DNA of 62,666 bases, counting the filler, from Rhabdomonas costata (taxonomy: Eukaryota), in assembly GCA_019059605.1 (NCBI GenBank). It is 39 parts of 39 records of this genome, joined end to end, with 100 filler letters (N's around TTAATTAATTAA, not from the genome) between each part and the next. Parts side by side here need not be neighbours in the genome. Positions count along the whole stretch, not along the records: positions 35,417 to 36,928 come from JAHMHO010014197.1; positions 37,029 to 38,535 come from JAHMHO010014198.1; positions 38,636 to 40,144 come from JAHMHO010014199.1; positions 40,245 to 41,753 come from JAHMHO010014200.1; positions 41,854 to 43,362 come from JAHMHO010014201.1; positions 43,463 to 44,971 come from JAHMHO010014202.1; positions 45,072 to 46,580 come from JAHMHO010014203.1; positions 46,681 to 48,189 come from JAHMHO010014204.1; 31 more parts are not named here. One strand, 5' to 3'. A program made the translations under genes and the position numbers. This document shows positions 36,641 through 49,332 of this stretch, piece after piece. Numbering within the stretch: position 1 is the stretch's first letter; each line of letters opens with the position of its first letter. The notes under the pieces were generated by a model. It did no database searches. It saw only the letters and a program-made list of their open reading frames with translations, and had not been told where the DNA came from.

Positions 36641-37028
36641 CAAATACACAGCAGCATACCCTGATCGAGGAAGATCCAAAATCCATTTTAAATGTTTCCA
36701 AGAAAAAAGCCTGTGCAGAATCGCTGCCGAAAACAGTATAAAAATGGTCATCATGAATTTATGGGTTCGTACAAAGGCGAATGGGTTCCCACCAAAGCAA
36801 AAGCCGAAGCCTGACGGACTTTCTCGAATGCGACACAAGGTCCGCATTGTCACATGCAGAAAGTTTGCGTTCCAGGCCCACGCAAAAGAACTTCAGAAAC
36901 ACAGGATGATCAACACCTCCCAACAAACNNNNNNNNNNNNNNNNNNNNNNNNNNNNNNNNNNNNNNNNNNNNTTAATTAATTAANNNNNNNNNNNNNNNN
37001 NNNNNNNNNNNNNNNNNNNNNNNNNNNN

Positions 37029-37167
37029 TAGCGTTAGCGTTAGCGTTAGCGTTAGCGTTAGCGTTAGCGTTAGCGTTAGCGTTAGCGTTAGCGTTAGCGT
37101 TAGCGTTAGCGTTAGCGTTAGCGTTAGCGTTAGCGTTAGGGATACGGTTAGGGTTAGGGTTAGGGTT
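37029..37167 (+). repeat. Telomere-like array: ~18 x TTAGCG followed by 4 x TTAGGG with one ATACGG interruption
   Basis: Read directly; the array runs off the contig start. Confidence 0.95.
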
Positions 37168-39099
37168 CCTGGCCGTGGGTACAATTCTAAAGTAATGCCA
37201 TACCATTATACGGCCCGTATATATATTGTAGTTAACGGTATTATAGTATAATGACTGTAATACCCCAATTATATGGGCACCCCCCCCCCAAAATGTCATT
37301 TCACCGATTTTTTTATTGTCCAGAGTTGTTCACAGGTGTTTTGGCCCCCGTTTAGCGACAATGCTACAATGTGGGACCCGGTTTTTCTTTGTCAGCCTCC
37401 CATGACTGGCGGTGCACTTGCCGAAACCCCTTCTGCCACCTGCGAAGGGGAGGACGAGCTTCTTTTGGCTGCGGTAGAGCCTACTTACCCCTGCACCCCG
37501 CCCTTTTGCTGGGTTCTTTGCATTTCTTTCCCACGAAGCTGGTTTCGGGTTTTCTGTCCTTGTTCAATGACAATCGCTGAATATCTAGGTTCCAGATTTG
37601 TGATTTGGATTGCAATGACCAGGAGAGGAGAAGGAGAATTTCCCCCTCGCTCACGTCCGTGTCGTTGCAAGTCCCGGGTTCCTCACTTGTGCGCACAGCG
37701 CCCCGCCGCGGAGATGTTTCGCCGACCTCGGGCTTCACCGCCCCCCTCGACTGCAATTGGAAATAGGTGTGTGGGGGGTCATGGTTGGGGTGGTGACACA
37801 GTTGCCTAATCCAGACTAGCCATAGACCGTGATACGGATTCGAGTCGACTTCGATGCCTGACAGGATCCGTAGCAGTGTTTACCCTTCACACCCAGCTCA
37901 CTGGGGTTTCCCAAGAACTTCTGTCAAGCAGCAGAGGGGTGATCCGTACGCTAAGAAGCGGCCAGGCAGCGGGACATTCGAAATCCCGCTGGAGGCACAA
38001 AAGACCTCCACCAAAACCATGCCTTGTGTGTCGGCTGATTGGAAGGGCAGGATAGTACACTAGGATGCAAAAACAAACGTGAACGTGGCTCATTTTCTTG
38101 CCGATTCCCTGAAATTGCGGACACGTTGACGCCCTTTGACCGCCTTTGAATGACTGCCATTTGAGGTCGAAAAGAGGCCTGGATTCTGTGCCGCCTTCAG
38201 AAGTTGCACACGGCCAATTCGCGATGTCGCCCGTCACGTTCACCACGTGCCTCCTGCAAGCATATTGACGTGCTCAAGGCCTCCTGAACAGTAAAAGTAA
38301 ATTTCACTTCCACTGGACAGGATCCAGAGACGCCAGTTCAGTCTATTTGTCGTCTGCACGGGTACCCAGCGCTTTTCGGATGGCCCTTCTTTTTTCGGAA
38401 AAGACGGTGCACGCGCTCTGCTAGTGTGACGCAGCAGTCTTCGGGTCTGTATTGGGATTTTCCTTTTCGCATTTCCAAGGGGCTGGGGTACATTTGAGTT
38501 TTTAGAGAGCCTTTCCAGAAAGGCTCCCCAAAACCNNNNNNNNNNNNNNNNNNNNNNNNNNNNNNNNNNNNNNNNNNNNTTAATTAATTAANNNNNNNNN
38601 NNNNNNNNNNNNNNNNNNNNNNNNNNNNNNNNNNNCGGCAGAGAGCAATTCCTTTTTTTCGTGCTCTGAAGGTATTTTTGTCTTATTGCCCGAGGAGGGT
38701 GGATGTAGCCCCCACTGTTTGTTTATCTGCCGGATCAGCGCTGCGGAGCTGATGAGCCGAGTCTTTCGCCGCAAACGTATGCCCTTTTTGTGGTCTTGTC
38801 GCCTGCCACGGTTTTTTTGGGGGGGGGTGTCCTCCGTGTGTGCTCCTCTCCCCTCCCCCCTTCCTCTCATGTGTTGTCGCCGTGATTGTGTTCCAAAGGT
38901 TTCGGCTTTTGATCCCTGAGACACAGGCTTGCACATATTTCGGAATGACTGCATTGTTGCTCTCGGAAAAACCCAAAACAGCATAAAAAACTTACCAAAA
39001 AATTTCAAACGAGCAACATGCACACGTGCGTAGAGAAGACACTTTCGGATTTCATCCACGCAGCACTGACATAAAACCTATGCGCGTGCTCTCTCATAG

Positions 39100-39623
39100 C
39101 GGCGGACGATGACCGCGGAGCTGACTCCCCTGTGCTGCCCTCACGGAAGGTCCGGAGGGCCTGGGAGGAGCACCTCGACGAGGACTCCGGGCAGGACAGC
39201 GGTTCCGAGTGGGGTGAGGCTCCTCACAAGGACGACCCCCAGCCCACCTCGGGAAAGGCCACCACAACCGCCGGTTATATGTGGATATGTGTATGGGTCT
39301 GTCAAGTCCAGTAAACCGATCCTGCGGACCGGACCCACGTCCCGGTGGGACTTCCTTCTTGTCTAGTGAAAGCCAGCCGAAAATATCAGGGCTTTTGCAC
39401 GGTGCAGCTTCGGTATGCGTGATAGTAAGTCTTTCGCGGAAAACCGTCCTGGGAAGAGTGAGACTCAAACACAGCCACTGCAAAGGTAGCTCAGTCCCGC
39501 CCTTATTTCGTTTCTCATTGACGCAGAGAAAGAGGAGAAGGCCAAGGGGGACGCGGAGTATGACGGGCCGCCCGCGCGAAAGCTCTTCGTCGGGGGGCTT
39601 TCTTGGGACACCACCGATCGCAG
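39100..39623 (+). CDS. RRM RNA-binding protein (hnRNP A/D or Musashi-like), exons 39100-39273 and 39527-~39623
   Basis: An acidic exon joins in phase 1 to EKEEKAKGDAEYDGPPARKLFVGGLSWDTTD (RNP2 motif KLFVGGL). Confidence 0.82.
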
Positions 39624-40444
39624 GTCCTATCCTCATTCTCTCCCCCTCATAGGTCCTGATCAAATTTATCATAAGAAGATTCAATCAGTTCAAGCAGTTC
39701 AGCAAGTTTGGCTCTTCTCTCAACGCATCAAGCGGGAATGGGCGTTGCAGTTGTAAAAGGAAAACCCTTGGGAAAATTCCCTTTACGCGTAGCGCTGCCC
39801 TTCTTCATTGGAACTTTTGGTTGGGCTTATGTGGCACTCTGGGGATTGCATTATCCTCCCTCTGTTTGCTGTTGTCATCCTCATCACCTTCATCCGCTCC
39901 CCAAAAAGGTTTAGGTAAGGAAGGACGGTGGCAGCACCGTAATTCACTGGGTTGATGCGTTTCTGCCATGAGATAAACACATGATTTGTAATTTGATGCT
40001 CATTTTCAGTTCCACGATGCCAAGTGGCACAACGTTTGCAACTTGCTAAGTTGGCACGCACGCACACACACCCTCCTCCCATTGACTTTCTGTTTACCTG
40101 TTCCCTGGCGAGTTGTGGGGTCCCTTTTTTTATTACCCCAAAACNNNNNNNNNNNNNNNNNNNNNNNNNNNNNNNNNNNNNNNNNNNNTTAATTAATTAA
40201 NNNNNNNNNNNNNNNNNNNNNNNNNNNNNNNNNNNNNNNNNNNNATGAATTGAGCTTTAGCGTGCGACTAAAGTGTGGTGGCATCCTGCAGGCTGGGTTT
40301 TGCCCGAGATTGTACTGAGTAATCTATTGCGGTCAGCGATTACTTGCACTGCAGTGTATTGTATTGCAATCTCTCTCTTCACCTTTTGTGGGAATGCACT
40401 TCAGTGGGCTTGTTGGATTTGTGCCGGTGGCTCCCTGTTTGCAG

Positions 40445-40585
40445 GGGGACAGGGTTACTGCTGTGGCTTCGGGAGAGGTCATTCCCATGGTGAAGCTGGC
40501 GCGGAAAGTGCAAGCTGAGGTCCAGGGTCTCAAGAGAGGCGTGGACAAGCTGTACCTCAAAAGCATAGCTTCGGATGAGCTTTGA
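40445..40585 (+). CDS. Terminal exon ending in SDEL*, possible ER-lumen protein
   Basis: TTTGCAG|GDRVTAVASGEVIPMVKLARKVQAEVQGLKRGVDKLYLKSIASDEL*. Confidence 0.55.
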   Translation, partial: GDRVTAVASGEVIPMVKLARKVQAEVQGLKRGVDKLYLKSIASDEL

Positions 40586-41890
40586 GCACTTCACTCTGTT
40601 TGTTGGTTGGAATTGTGTTTTGTCAGGGAAACGAGTTTGCACACATGTACTTCCGTTTGAATTTGTTTCCTTTCCTGCATGGGTCGTGCCACATGCGCAC
40701 TTGGGAGCGTCTTGCTGCAAGATGATGCGGGTCGAACGGAAGGAATTTGCACATATCTGCCCAAATGACACTCCCAGGTAATGCTGTTTTCTCGCTTCAC
40801 TGATTTTGTTTGTTTCAATATATTGTTGAACCTGCGATATCTCTATCCAGGTAGACGTGTATCTGGAAAATTTGTGGATTCAAGTCAAACAAAGAGGTTA
40901 ACGCTGCAAATTTGAGCAATGGACCAGCTGGAGACGTTGAGCCCGTTAAGGAGGAATGCGCATCTCTATGTTTTGACATGATTCAGTAAGACCCAATGTA
41001 TATTGCTACAGATGGACGATCGTCTCGGGGCACGCTGTAAAAATCGCCTTGTCTGCACAGGCCGAAAAAAAAATGCGCAAGACGGCAATAACCCATACAG
41101 AACGAGCACAGCAAAATAGAAAAGAGCGTCCTGGCTGCGGATCGTTCAAAGAGATTTTTGCATCGGTCTGTAAGGGTGACGAATTCGCTGTGGCGATGGT
41201 TATGGTGCCGGGCGCCCGTCGTCGAACCTTTTGTCCGTCGTTTACAGAGTCCTGCCATCAAGTTGGTGACTGCCACTGATTCTGCAATTCATCCGTTTGG
41301 CTGGGTTGTCATTGTCCAGATATAAAGGCCCTCAGCAGCTCCGTGACAGCGCTGTCCTCCTTGGTTGCGCGAAGATTACGAGCTCGACCGCTGAGACCTG
41401 TCATGGCGGAACCTGCCTCATCCGTATTACAGGTCACCCAGCAGGGCGGTAGATCCCACCAGAAACAACTCAACAATCGAATCGACGTCAATAGGTTTGT
41501 GCAAAATCAGCGCGATACGTAAAGGCCTTACGCTCGTCCCTCTAGCTCTCCCGGGGCTCCTTTCTTGAAAAGTTAGTCACCATCTCCTCGTATTATACCG
41601 CAATATCCCGCTGCCAGAGGGCCCAGGTGCAGAGAACTTGCACAATTGCTGCATGCGCTTTTGTTTTTGAAAGTGAAGTGGACATTAGCGATTTCATAAA
41701 GCCCGATGGAATGGAGCGGAGCAAACACAGGAGTATACATGCAAACAAAAACCNNNNNNNNNNNNNNNNNNNNNNNNNNNNNNNNNNNNNNNNNNNNTTA
41801 ATTAATTAANNNNNNNNNNNNNNNNNNNNNNNNNNNNNNNNNNNNNNNNNNNNCTGAATGTGATTAGTTGTGCCCGTATTGCTTTTCCAG

Positions 41891-43107
41891 ATTTCTGGTA
41901 TTCTTGAAAGCTCGGAGCACATCGAAAAGATGTCCTCTTCAATTGAGGCGAAGGTGAGGCGAGTACAGTCTGCATGGAAGCAGTTTTCGTTGTATTTTTC
42001 GTTTTGTTCCCAACCATTTTCTCGTTCCTGCAACTTGCAACTAGGTGGATGTATCGATCAAGCGCAGTATTGAGGAGCTCGTAAAGCATCTGGGTGAGGT
42101 TTTGGAGAAGGTGTGGCCCATCGCACCCATCGCATTGACTCACAGCAGGGCCTCTTCTTTTTTCTTTCCTTCCATTGGGAAGGGAAGGCGCCGCCGTTGC
42201 TGAGGTGTTGCCAGTCCTTCACATTGAATGTTTTCCACCCCCCTTAGGAATGATCCTCGTTTCCTTGTTCTGTCCCGCTGCGCTTTCTCCGTCGCGTATT
42301 GCATGGATTTTCCCTCGTCTGCGGAACACCAGGCCTTGTTTGTGTTTTGCTCTGGCTTTTATGCTATCTCTTGTATCAGGGCGATTCCTCTAATGCCGAT
42401 GCGATCAACAAGATCATGGAAGGCTTTTTGGAAAAAGTATGCTTAGAATAATGCCCCTCACGGAGCAGCAGTTTTTGTGTCGTCCTCCTTGATATATTTT
42501 TTGCCGAACCCACGAATTCAATACCATGGCGGTGCACCGTGAAACAAGCCCTTTTTTGGTTCCCATCCCCACACGTATGGAGTCGGATGACGTTGGGTTG
42601 ATGCCCATTTGGCCTGGTGCGGGCGGAGCCAGTGGTGTATTGGCTGGTGCATGGGTAGGCAACACCGTGTTGTCAATTAGTTTCTAGTCTTCGTCATGAT
42701 TTCACCGCAAATGATATGTGTAATTGCTTTCCTCTTTTTTTTGGGGAAGGGGGGTGAAGGCTGGGAGGATATATCTTCTCCATTGCCAACCCCACCCTCA
42801 TCCTTCTCACTTCTTTGTTGCCGCTGAAGCTGCCATCTTTTCGATTTTTTCTTTCGGTTGACTGAATGGGCTGTTATTTCCATTACCTCTCTCTCTGCAG
42901 GTCTCTGCGCTGCTGGCTGACCCGGAACACGTCGAAAAGATTTCGGCATCTTTTGAAAGAAAGGTGCGCGCACTGTGGAAAGTGTGTGCCGTTGTTTGTG
43001 AATTGATCGGGAGTGGCACCTCCTGGGCACTCTGTTTTCACTAGGTTCGAGATGTTCTTGCCACTAAGGACTTCTTGGAAGCGCTGGCGTTGATTCTGGA
43101 CACCAAG
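41891..43107 (+). CDS. Helical repeat protein with five phase-0 mini-exons (41891-41953, 42045-42110, 42380-42436, 42901-42963, 43045-43107)
   Basis: Exons of 63, 66, 57, 63 and 63 nt, all AG/GT bounded, all open and all ending in Lys. Confidence 0.75.
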
Positions 43108-44446
43108 GTTGTGCTTCACCTGGAAAGGGTGGAGACGGAGGGGGGGGGGACATAGCATAAGTGCGGTTCACCGCACACTTGCTGGTGATCTATTTTATCA
43201 GGTTGGCTTTCTGTTTTGGGCAAAAGGCCCCGGCTTCGCCCTTGCTGTTTCTGTGCCCATTCCTTTGGTTGTCTCTGTTCATTAATCAGACGCACGCACA
43301 CACCTTCCTTCCTGTATTGCGTGTTGCCGTGCGATTTACTACTGTTCAATAACCACACCCCCNNNNNNNNNNNNNNNNNNNNNNNNNNNNNNNNNNNNNN
43401 NNNNNNTTAATTAATTAANNNNNNNNNNNNNNNNNNNNNNNNNNNNNNNNNNNNNNNNNNNNGGTGGTTGGGTCCATGTCCGTGACCTGCGTTTATGTGT
43501 ATTTGTGTGTGTGCGTGGGTATCACGAAGAACAGCAGGAGCAACAATACAAATCGTTGCTGGCACACCGGCGTGCAGGTGGGCGGACGGTGTGCCAGCCT
43601 ACAGTTCTTTCTCTTATCAAAGCCCAAGCCCGATGTAAAGCCAGCGCAAAAACAAAAGCTCCTTCCAAGCCTGTGTAAATGTGTGAAGGCAGGAAGGGCT
43701 CAAAAATGGCCTCTAGCGTGGCTCTAAATCGAAGAATTCCGGCCCACTCCGGTGCCAGCATGAGGTACTCCTGGGCTCTAACCTTAGGTATGCTCAGCAA
43801 GCCCGGCCCAAAAGCTTAGGCTCAGCATGCAGCCCTGCAAAGGGCCAAAAAGTGCGCCCGAGCCCTCGAAAATTCTCTGTCGAAAATGCCCTTAAAAGGT
43901 CCAAAATGGGACCTTGATGGGGCCATATCTCGGCGTAAAGAAGGACTCCGAGGCCGGGAAGCGGCCAACCAGCTCATCTCAGGAGTACTACCATACCACC
44001 AAACCTGACCCCCAACCCGTCTCTCCAGCTCGAGTTCTGAAGTCAATGTCGGGTCTCCGGTCCGGTCCGGTCCAAGAGTAACCATGGTGTTGGATCTGTT
44101 TGCGTTTCTTGTGAGCTTCTTGCTCGTCGAAGGAGGTTGATGTCCTCCGCACCTACTCACCCTCACCTTAACTTGAGACTGCAACTCACAAGCACTGGGG
44201 CCAGAAGCTTGTTCATCCTTGTCATTGAATCATTCTCAAATAATTGAGAATGGCATGAAAAATTTTTGATAATAATTCTCATAACGTCACTCTGCGTAAC
44301 GTGGAAAGCGGTACCCAAAATCTCGTTGTAACGATCTTCGCCGATCTGGGAAGCAGGGCACGAAGATGGTGGGGTTGCAGGGGTACAGTTTGATGGGCAC
44401 CACTTGCCGGTATAAGGCAAAGTACTGCACGGTGGTGTTCTATAAG

Positions 44447-44581
44447 CCTGTTCATGGTTGCCGTGCTGACAGGCCGGGCCTTCCTGGTGGACTCCGTGCA
44501 CCCCATTCCCCTGGAGGTCACCCTGAAGCCCGGGGTCATCGACTGGACGGCGAAGCCTACCTTCCGTGGCGCCACCGCCTC
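44447..44581 (+). CDS. Fucosyltransferase-like (GT37/GT23-type) exon
   Basis: SLFMVAVLTGRAFLVDSVHPIPLEVTLKPGVIDW matches the AxLTxRxFLxD..P..L...L.P..IDW pattern. Confidence 0.65.
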
Positions 44582-45071
44582 GTATGTGATGCAACTTTGG
44601 GAACTTTTGACGAGGCTTTGCCAAAAGTTGCCAAGCCGGGAGATCTGGCGAAGGAGCCTCATCGCCTGGGGACCGGAATTTGTTTTGCTATTTCGCGGTT
44701 GCTCCTCCTTTCTGTTCCCTTAACGGTGTTACGAAGTTTTCAAGCCCGTGCATCTCTGAATTATCCATTTCAGAAGCGGTTGGGACTGAACGGGTTTCGG
44801 ACGCGCCCCTCTCTTTCTCTTACGCCCACTCCCACGAGCGCGTACTCCACCACACTTCCACTAGCAACGTAAACTTCGGCAGGGCTTTGAAAGGAGCATT
44901 GTGTGGGAAAGGAGGGCTTTGCGACCCGATGCACCCGGCTTGCCCGCAGCCTGGACTGGATCCACAACCACNNNNNNNNNNNNNNNNNNNNNNNNNNNNN
45001 NNNNNNNNNNNNNNNTTAATTAATTAANNNNNNNNNNNNNNNNNNNNNNNNNNNNNNNNNNNNNNNNNNNN

Positions 45072-46440
45072 GGTGTGGGATTCCCGCTCAAGTCCAGCAC
45101 GGTCAACGGGAACAGGGAAAGCATGGACAGGTCAAGAGACCCAGAGCAACCCATCCCGGAAAGGTTCAGACCAACTACCCTCCCGTCTCCGTCGCAGGAA
45201 ACCCCGGCCCAGGTCCCATTGCACGGCGGGGCGGCCGACAGAAACCACGTATCCACAGGGCAGCCCTGCAGGCTTTGCGCAAACTGCTGCAGGGTGTCGC
45301 GCAGGGGATCTGTGCGGGTGCAACCGAAGATCTGTGCCGCCCTCAGAGAACGACTGCGCGGAAAAGGGATGGGACGTTCGAAGTTGTTGTAGTGGTTGTA
45401 GTAGGTATACGTATTAACTGTTCAGCACTGGAGACTTACTACTGGATATTTCTCTCCCCTTCGGCCCAATTAAGGATGGGAGGAGGAGGGAAAGGTTGCG
45501 ACTGGTAACATCTTGGTATAATAACTTGAAAACTGGTGGGTATGCAAAATCCACCAGGTTCAAAATGATTCGGATTCAACAGGATTCGACAGAAGAGGGA
45601 CATTGTGGCAGCGGTGCCTGGTTAAATCAGATGCACACCTCAAAACTGCGGCTACTGGCGGAGCTTGATGCAATTACTTGGGTGGACGATAGAACATTGG
45701 ATTCACGCGGCCGGAGCGGGCGGCAGGGCGGGAAGGCAGCGCATGGACCTTGCAGTACTTTATATCACGTGTTACAAAAGGAAAATTCACCCAGCCCCCT
45801 TCAGTAGATACTCCACCACACACGCCTGATACCGCCAGCCAACATCACACCACAATCCCTTAAAAGACCGCACGATAAGACTAACCACCCACCCAGTTCT
45901 AAGCTCACCTTCCCCTTCCTCCCAGCACTCCCATAGCGCGCCGGCGATACTTTTCTTTCCTTCTTTTCCTTTCCCATCCACATCCTCCAATCCAGGGGTG
46001 CCCTGCCGCAAGAGCTTCCCTCCCTTCGGAGAATTGAGAATGCTCAACCGCGGAGAGTTCGTTCAACCGTTCTTCCATTTGACTGGATGCTTACAACCAG
46101 CCACAGCCACAGCCAGGCACATCACATCCATTCACACCGGAGCACAGCGACCGCACCCGACGATCGAACACAAAGTAACCGGTGGTCGAGGCCACAGTCC
46201 AAGGCCCGAGAAGCTCTGGAAAAGCGACATTCAGGGTATTCAGTGCGAAAAATGTCGACGACGCCTCCGAGCCCCCAATCGTCCAAAATGATCCATAATA
46301 CAGGCCGTAGCACAGGAAAAGTCCGGAGACATTATTGCGGTAGTGGGGACGGCCATTCAGCAGCCCCACAAAATAGTACAGCCCGTTGATTTGGGAGGGG
46401 TACCCAGCCCGGCCGCTGACCCAAACGTTGCACGGTGCGG
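45072..46440 (-). CDS. Surface protein: 'NGRP' module exon (46440-46138) spliced to LRRNT_2 cap plus LRR exon (45309->45072)
   Basis: Phase-1 join RSLCS|DPLRDTLQQF; W..PPCNGTWAGVSCDGDGRVVGLNLSG...LTVLDLSGN is the plant/GP46-type LRR N-cap. Confidence 0.8.
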
Positions 46441-46949
46441 CTGCGGGCAAACGCACACACACACACACAGAGGGCGGAGACAACACTGGCAACACCGAAA
46501 GGATCGAAACAAACACCAAAACACCAAAACAAGAGAGGTAACAGGACACGACCGTGCAGCCCTATGATGGCACAACCACCNNNNNNNNNNNNNNNNNNNN
46601 NNNNNNNNNNNNNNNNNNNNNNNNTTAATTAATTAANNNNNNNNNNNNNNNNNNNNNNNNNNNNNNNNNNNNNNNNNNNNTGTGTTGTGGCTAATTTTGT
46701 TGACTTTGCGCGGATGAATTGGGTGCCGTTTCGAGCATATCAGATTGACACTGCTGCTTCCGAGAATTTCCCACATTTTGTTGACCGTGGTACCTTTGAG
46801 AGGATTGAAGGCAACCGTTAATTTTGATGCGCAACTTTGCCCAGAGTTTTGAATGCTTGATATTTGTGTTGGAAACTCTCACTTTGGAGATGAGACGGGC
46901 CATACCAAACACGTGTACAGACACAGAGGAAGGAGCCTGAGCAAAACCT

Positions 46950-47960
46950 GTACATCGCTGGTACAACCCGCCGATGCGACTTCAGCTGGGGAGAGACCAC
47001 AACCACCCAAGATTCCTTCCATGTTCACGCCCTGTCCTGCCACGAGTGTGGCTGACGTGGGCTCATTAACTGCAAATGCAGGCACCGCGGAGTTTGCTCC
47101 GCCGCTTTCAGGGGAAGAGGAAGACACCGTGGCGGACTCGTTAGTGTACAGAAGTGGAGTGAAGCCTTTGAGGAACTCAAACGTGGCCTGTCTGAGGTCA
47201 CGCTGCTTGCGCTCGGACCGAAATTCCCGCTGGAAGTCCCGCCGCATCTCCTCAAATGCGGAAACGGGAACCCCTGCCAATAAAGAGGAGGGGAAGACAG
47301 GGAGCTGTTCTCGCTCCGCCATGCCAAAAATAACAATGATGCGGTGTGTGGGCATCGGACGATATTAAGTTACTGGCTTCACCGTTTGCATCACATTTTC
47401 CACCTCGACCTCCGTTTATGGAAACTGACGATAGAAGCGGTTGGTATTCAAATGGAGTGCAAGGTCAGGTGACCTCATCCGGTTTGGCGATGAACTTGTG
47501 TTCAAGTTGCAAGATACGCGAGTACGATGTCTCTGGGCAGCGGGGTTCGTAGAGTAGTGCTAAAACGGAAGGGACCCATACCCTCGTCCTCTGCCTCAGA
47601 CTCACTGCTGTCGTAGCCCCTCAGCGCATCCTCCGCATCCGCGTCCTGTTCCTTCCAGAGAACTGTAGGGTCGAAGCTCTCTTGCCAAGGCGCCGTCGCA
47701 GCCTCCGCCTCCTTCCGTCCGCTTCCTTCCGAAAGTTCCGGAGAGGACCCCGAGGAAGGGCTCACCACTGAACGCCGCTCCCCCTCCCCAGTGCTACTGC
47801 CCGCATCACCAGCGGCTGCAATGGGAGAGGCTTTCCGGGTTCGCTTCCGGTCAGGACCTCCAAGAGAGCTAGACCGCGGCTCCCCACGCCGCCCAAGGCG
47901 AAGGTCCTGGTTGGCAGCCTGTACGGCCACCGCGCCCGTACAAGGCGGAGAGGAGGAAAG
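46950..47960 (-). pseudogene. Interrupted coding-like region (Ser/Glu/Arg-rich plus helical segment), family unknown
   Basis: ORFs 47502-47930 and 46879-47355 are protein-like but separated by stops, with no clear splice join. Confidence 0.3.
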
Positions 47961-49047
47961 GCAAGGCTCCGCTAAATAAGGCTAGGATCAATTTTTGGGA
48001 GAAAGGAAGAGGGGCATTGAAATACTCCGAAGGTAAAAAATGTACGCGCACTGTCATAAACCCTGTTGTGAGCCGCGGGGCCGCCGGTTCATCACATCAC
48101 AGAACGAGAACCTCGGTTTGCCCCTGCAGGTCCCAGGCACTTACAACCCGCGGATGTCAAATAACCAATAAAAAAGCACCCCAACACCCNNNNNNNNNNN
48201 NNNNNNNNNNNNNNNNNNNNNNNNNNNNNNNNNTTAATTAATTAANNNNNNNNNNNNNNNNNNNNNNNNNNNNNNNNNNNNNNNNNNNNGGTTGGGTGTA
48301 GGATCCAAAGGGCCCAGAGGCGTCTTTGAAACAGGGGAAATAGATCACGTGCGGTTGGGTTGGATGCGCTTGGGTATTATTTTTTGGTGGCAGAAAACAC
48401 AGCAGCAGCAGGAGCTGCTGCCACAGCAGAGCCTGCGGCTATGTCTGTTCGGCGCTAAGCGGTAATGCAATACAGTGTGCACCCTTTGCTTGTTGATACA
48501 ACGATAGGACCAAGAAGCGCCACGGCATAGTTTAAAACAGGGGTGGGGGTCCAAATCAGTTCACAGTGAATTAGCAAGCACACATGCACAAACAATATCG
48601 GGGTTGCAAGATTGGCCTGAAGTTACCCAAAATGCCAAAATGGAGAAACAAACATGCAGCTGGCGTTCTCCTGACAACAGTGACCAAAAAGTGCACTTCG
48701 CGCTTGCAAGATAAAAAGCGCACGGATGGAGTATGGGAACCAGCGCCACAAAACCACGGGAACTCGGAGAAACCAAGGGCGTTCCCTGTTCAAGGAGAGC
48801 CAAGCGGAAAGGGACTAAACTGAAGTGTACGCATACATATGTGTGTGGAGCACATCGGGATATTGGATGGTGTGAGGTGGCGGCGCTTAAATTACACAAC
48901 TACAACAGGTCGTTAAACTCACAGTGGTCATCGCTTCGGTTTCGGCCGTGCAAGCAACCCAAAAACGACGAGAAAAGAAAGAAATGGGGGCACTGTGTCC
49001 ATCAATGTCTAAAGGTTCTCACAGTGACACCCACACCCACAGTATAC

Positions 49048-49332
49048 CCAGCGGTCGTCGGGGCTGATCTGCACTGACATCAACATCTCCCGGTGACCCT
49101 CCAGTGTTACCAGCATCCGTCCTGAAAGCCATTCCCACACAATAGCCGTGTTGTCCCCAGACCCTGTCACCAGCCGGGCCCCATCGCTGGTGAACGCCAC
49201 GCTGATCACTTGGCAGGTGTGCCCCTCGAGCTCCGCCAGCGGCTCCGCAATTAAACTCCAGACCCGAGCAGTCCGATCGCGGGAGCCCGTGGCAATGACT
49301 GGGAGGCTGGGTGCGAAGGCCACACCCAAAAT
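49048..49332 (-). CDS. WD40-repeat protein exon
   Basis: IATGSRDRTARVW...LEGHTCQVISVAFTSDGARLVTGSGDNTAIVWE...LEGH. Confidence 0.92.

Noticed and set aside
37029-37167. True chromosome end at the contig start
   Set aside because: A left telomere would read CCCTAA on the plus strand; the orientation is opposite
36973-37299. (NA)n and (LT)n ORFs
   Set aside because: Translations of the hexamer array
39094-39684. 196-aa minus-strand ORF
   Set aside because: Antisense to the RRM exons
43040-43118. Minus-strand exon VKHNLGVQNQRQRF...
   Set aside because: The plus strand gives a 63-nt exon matching the repeat series
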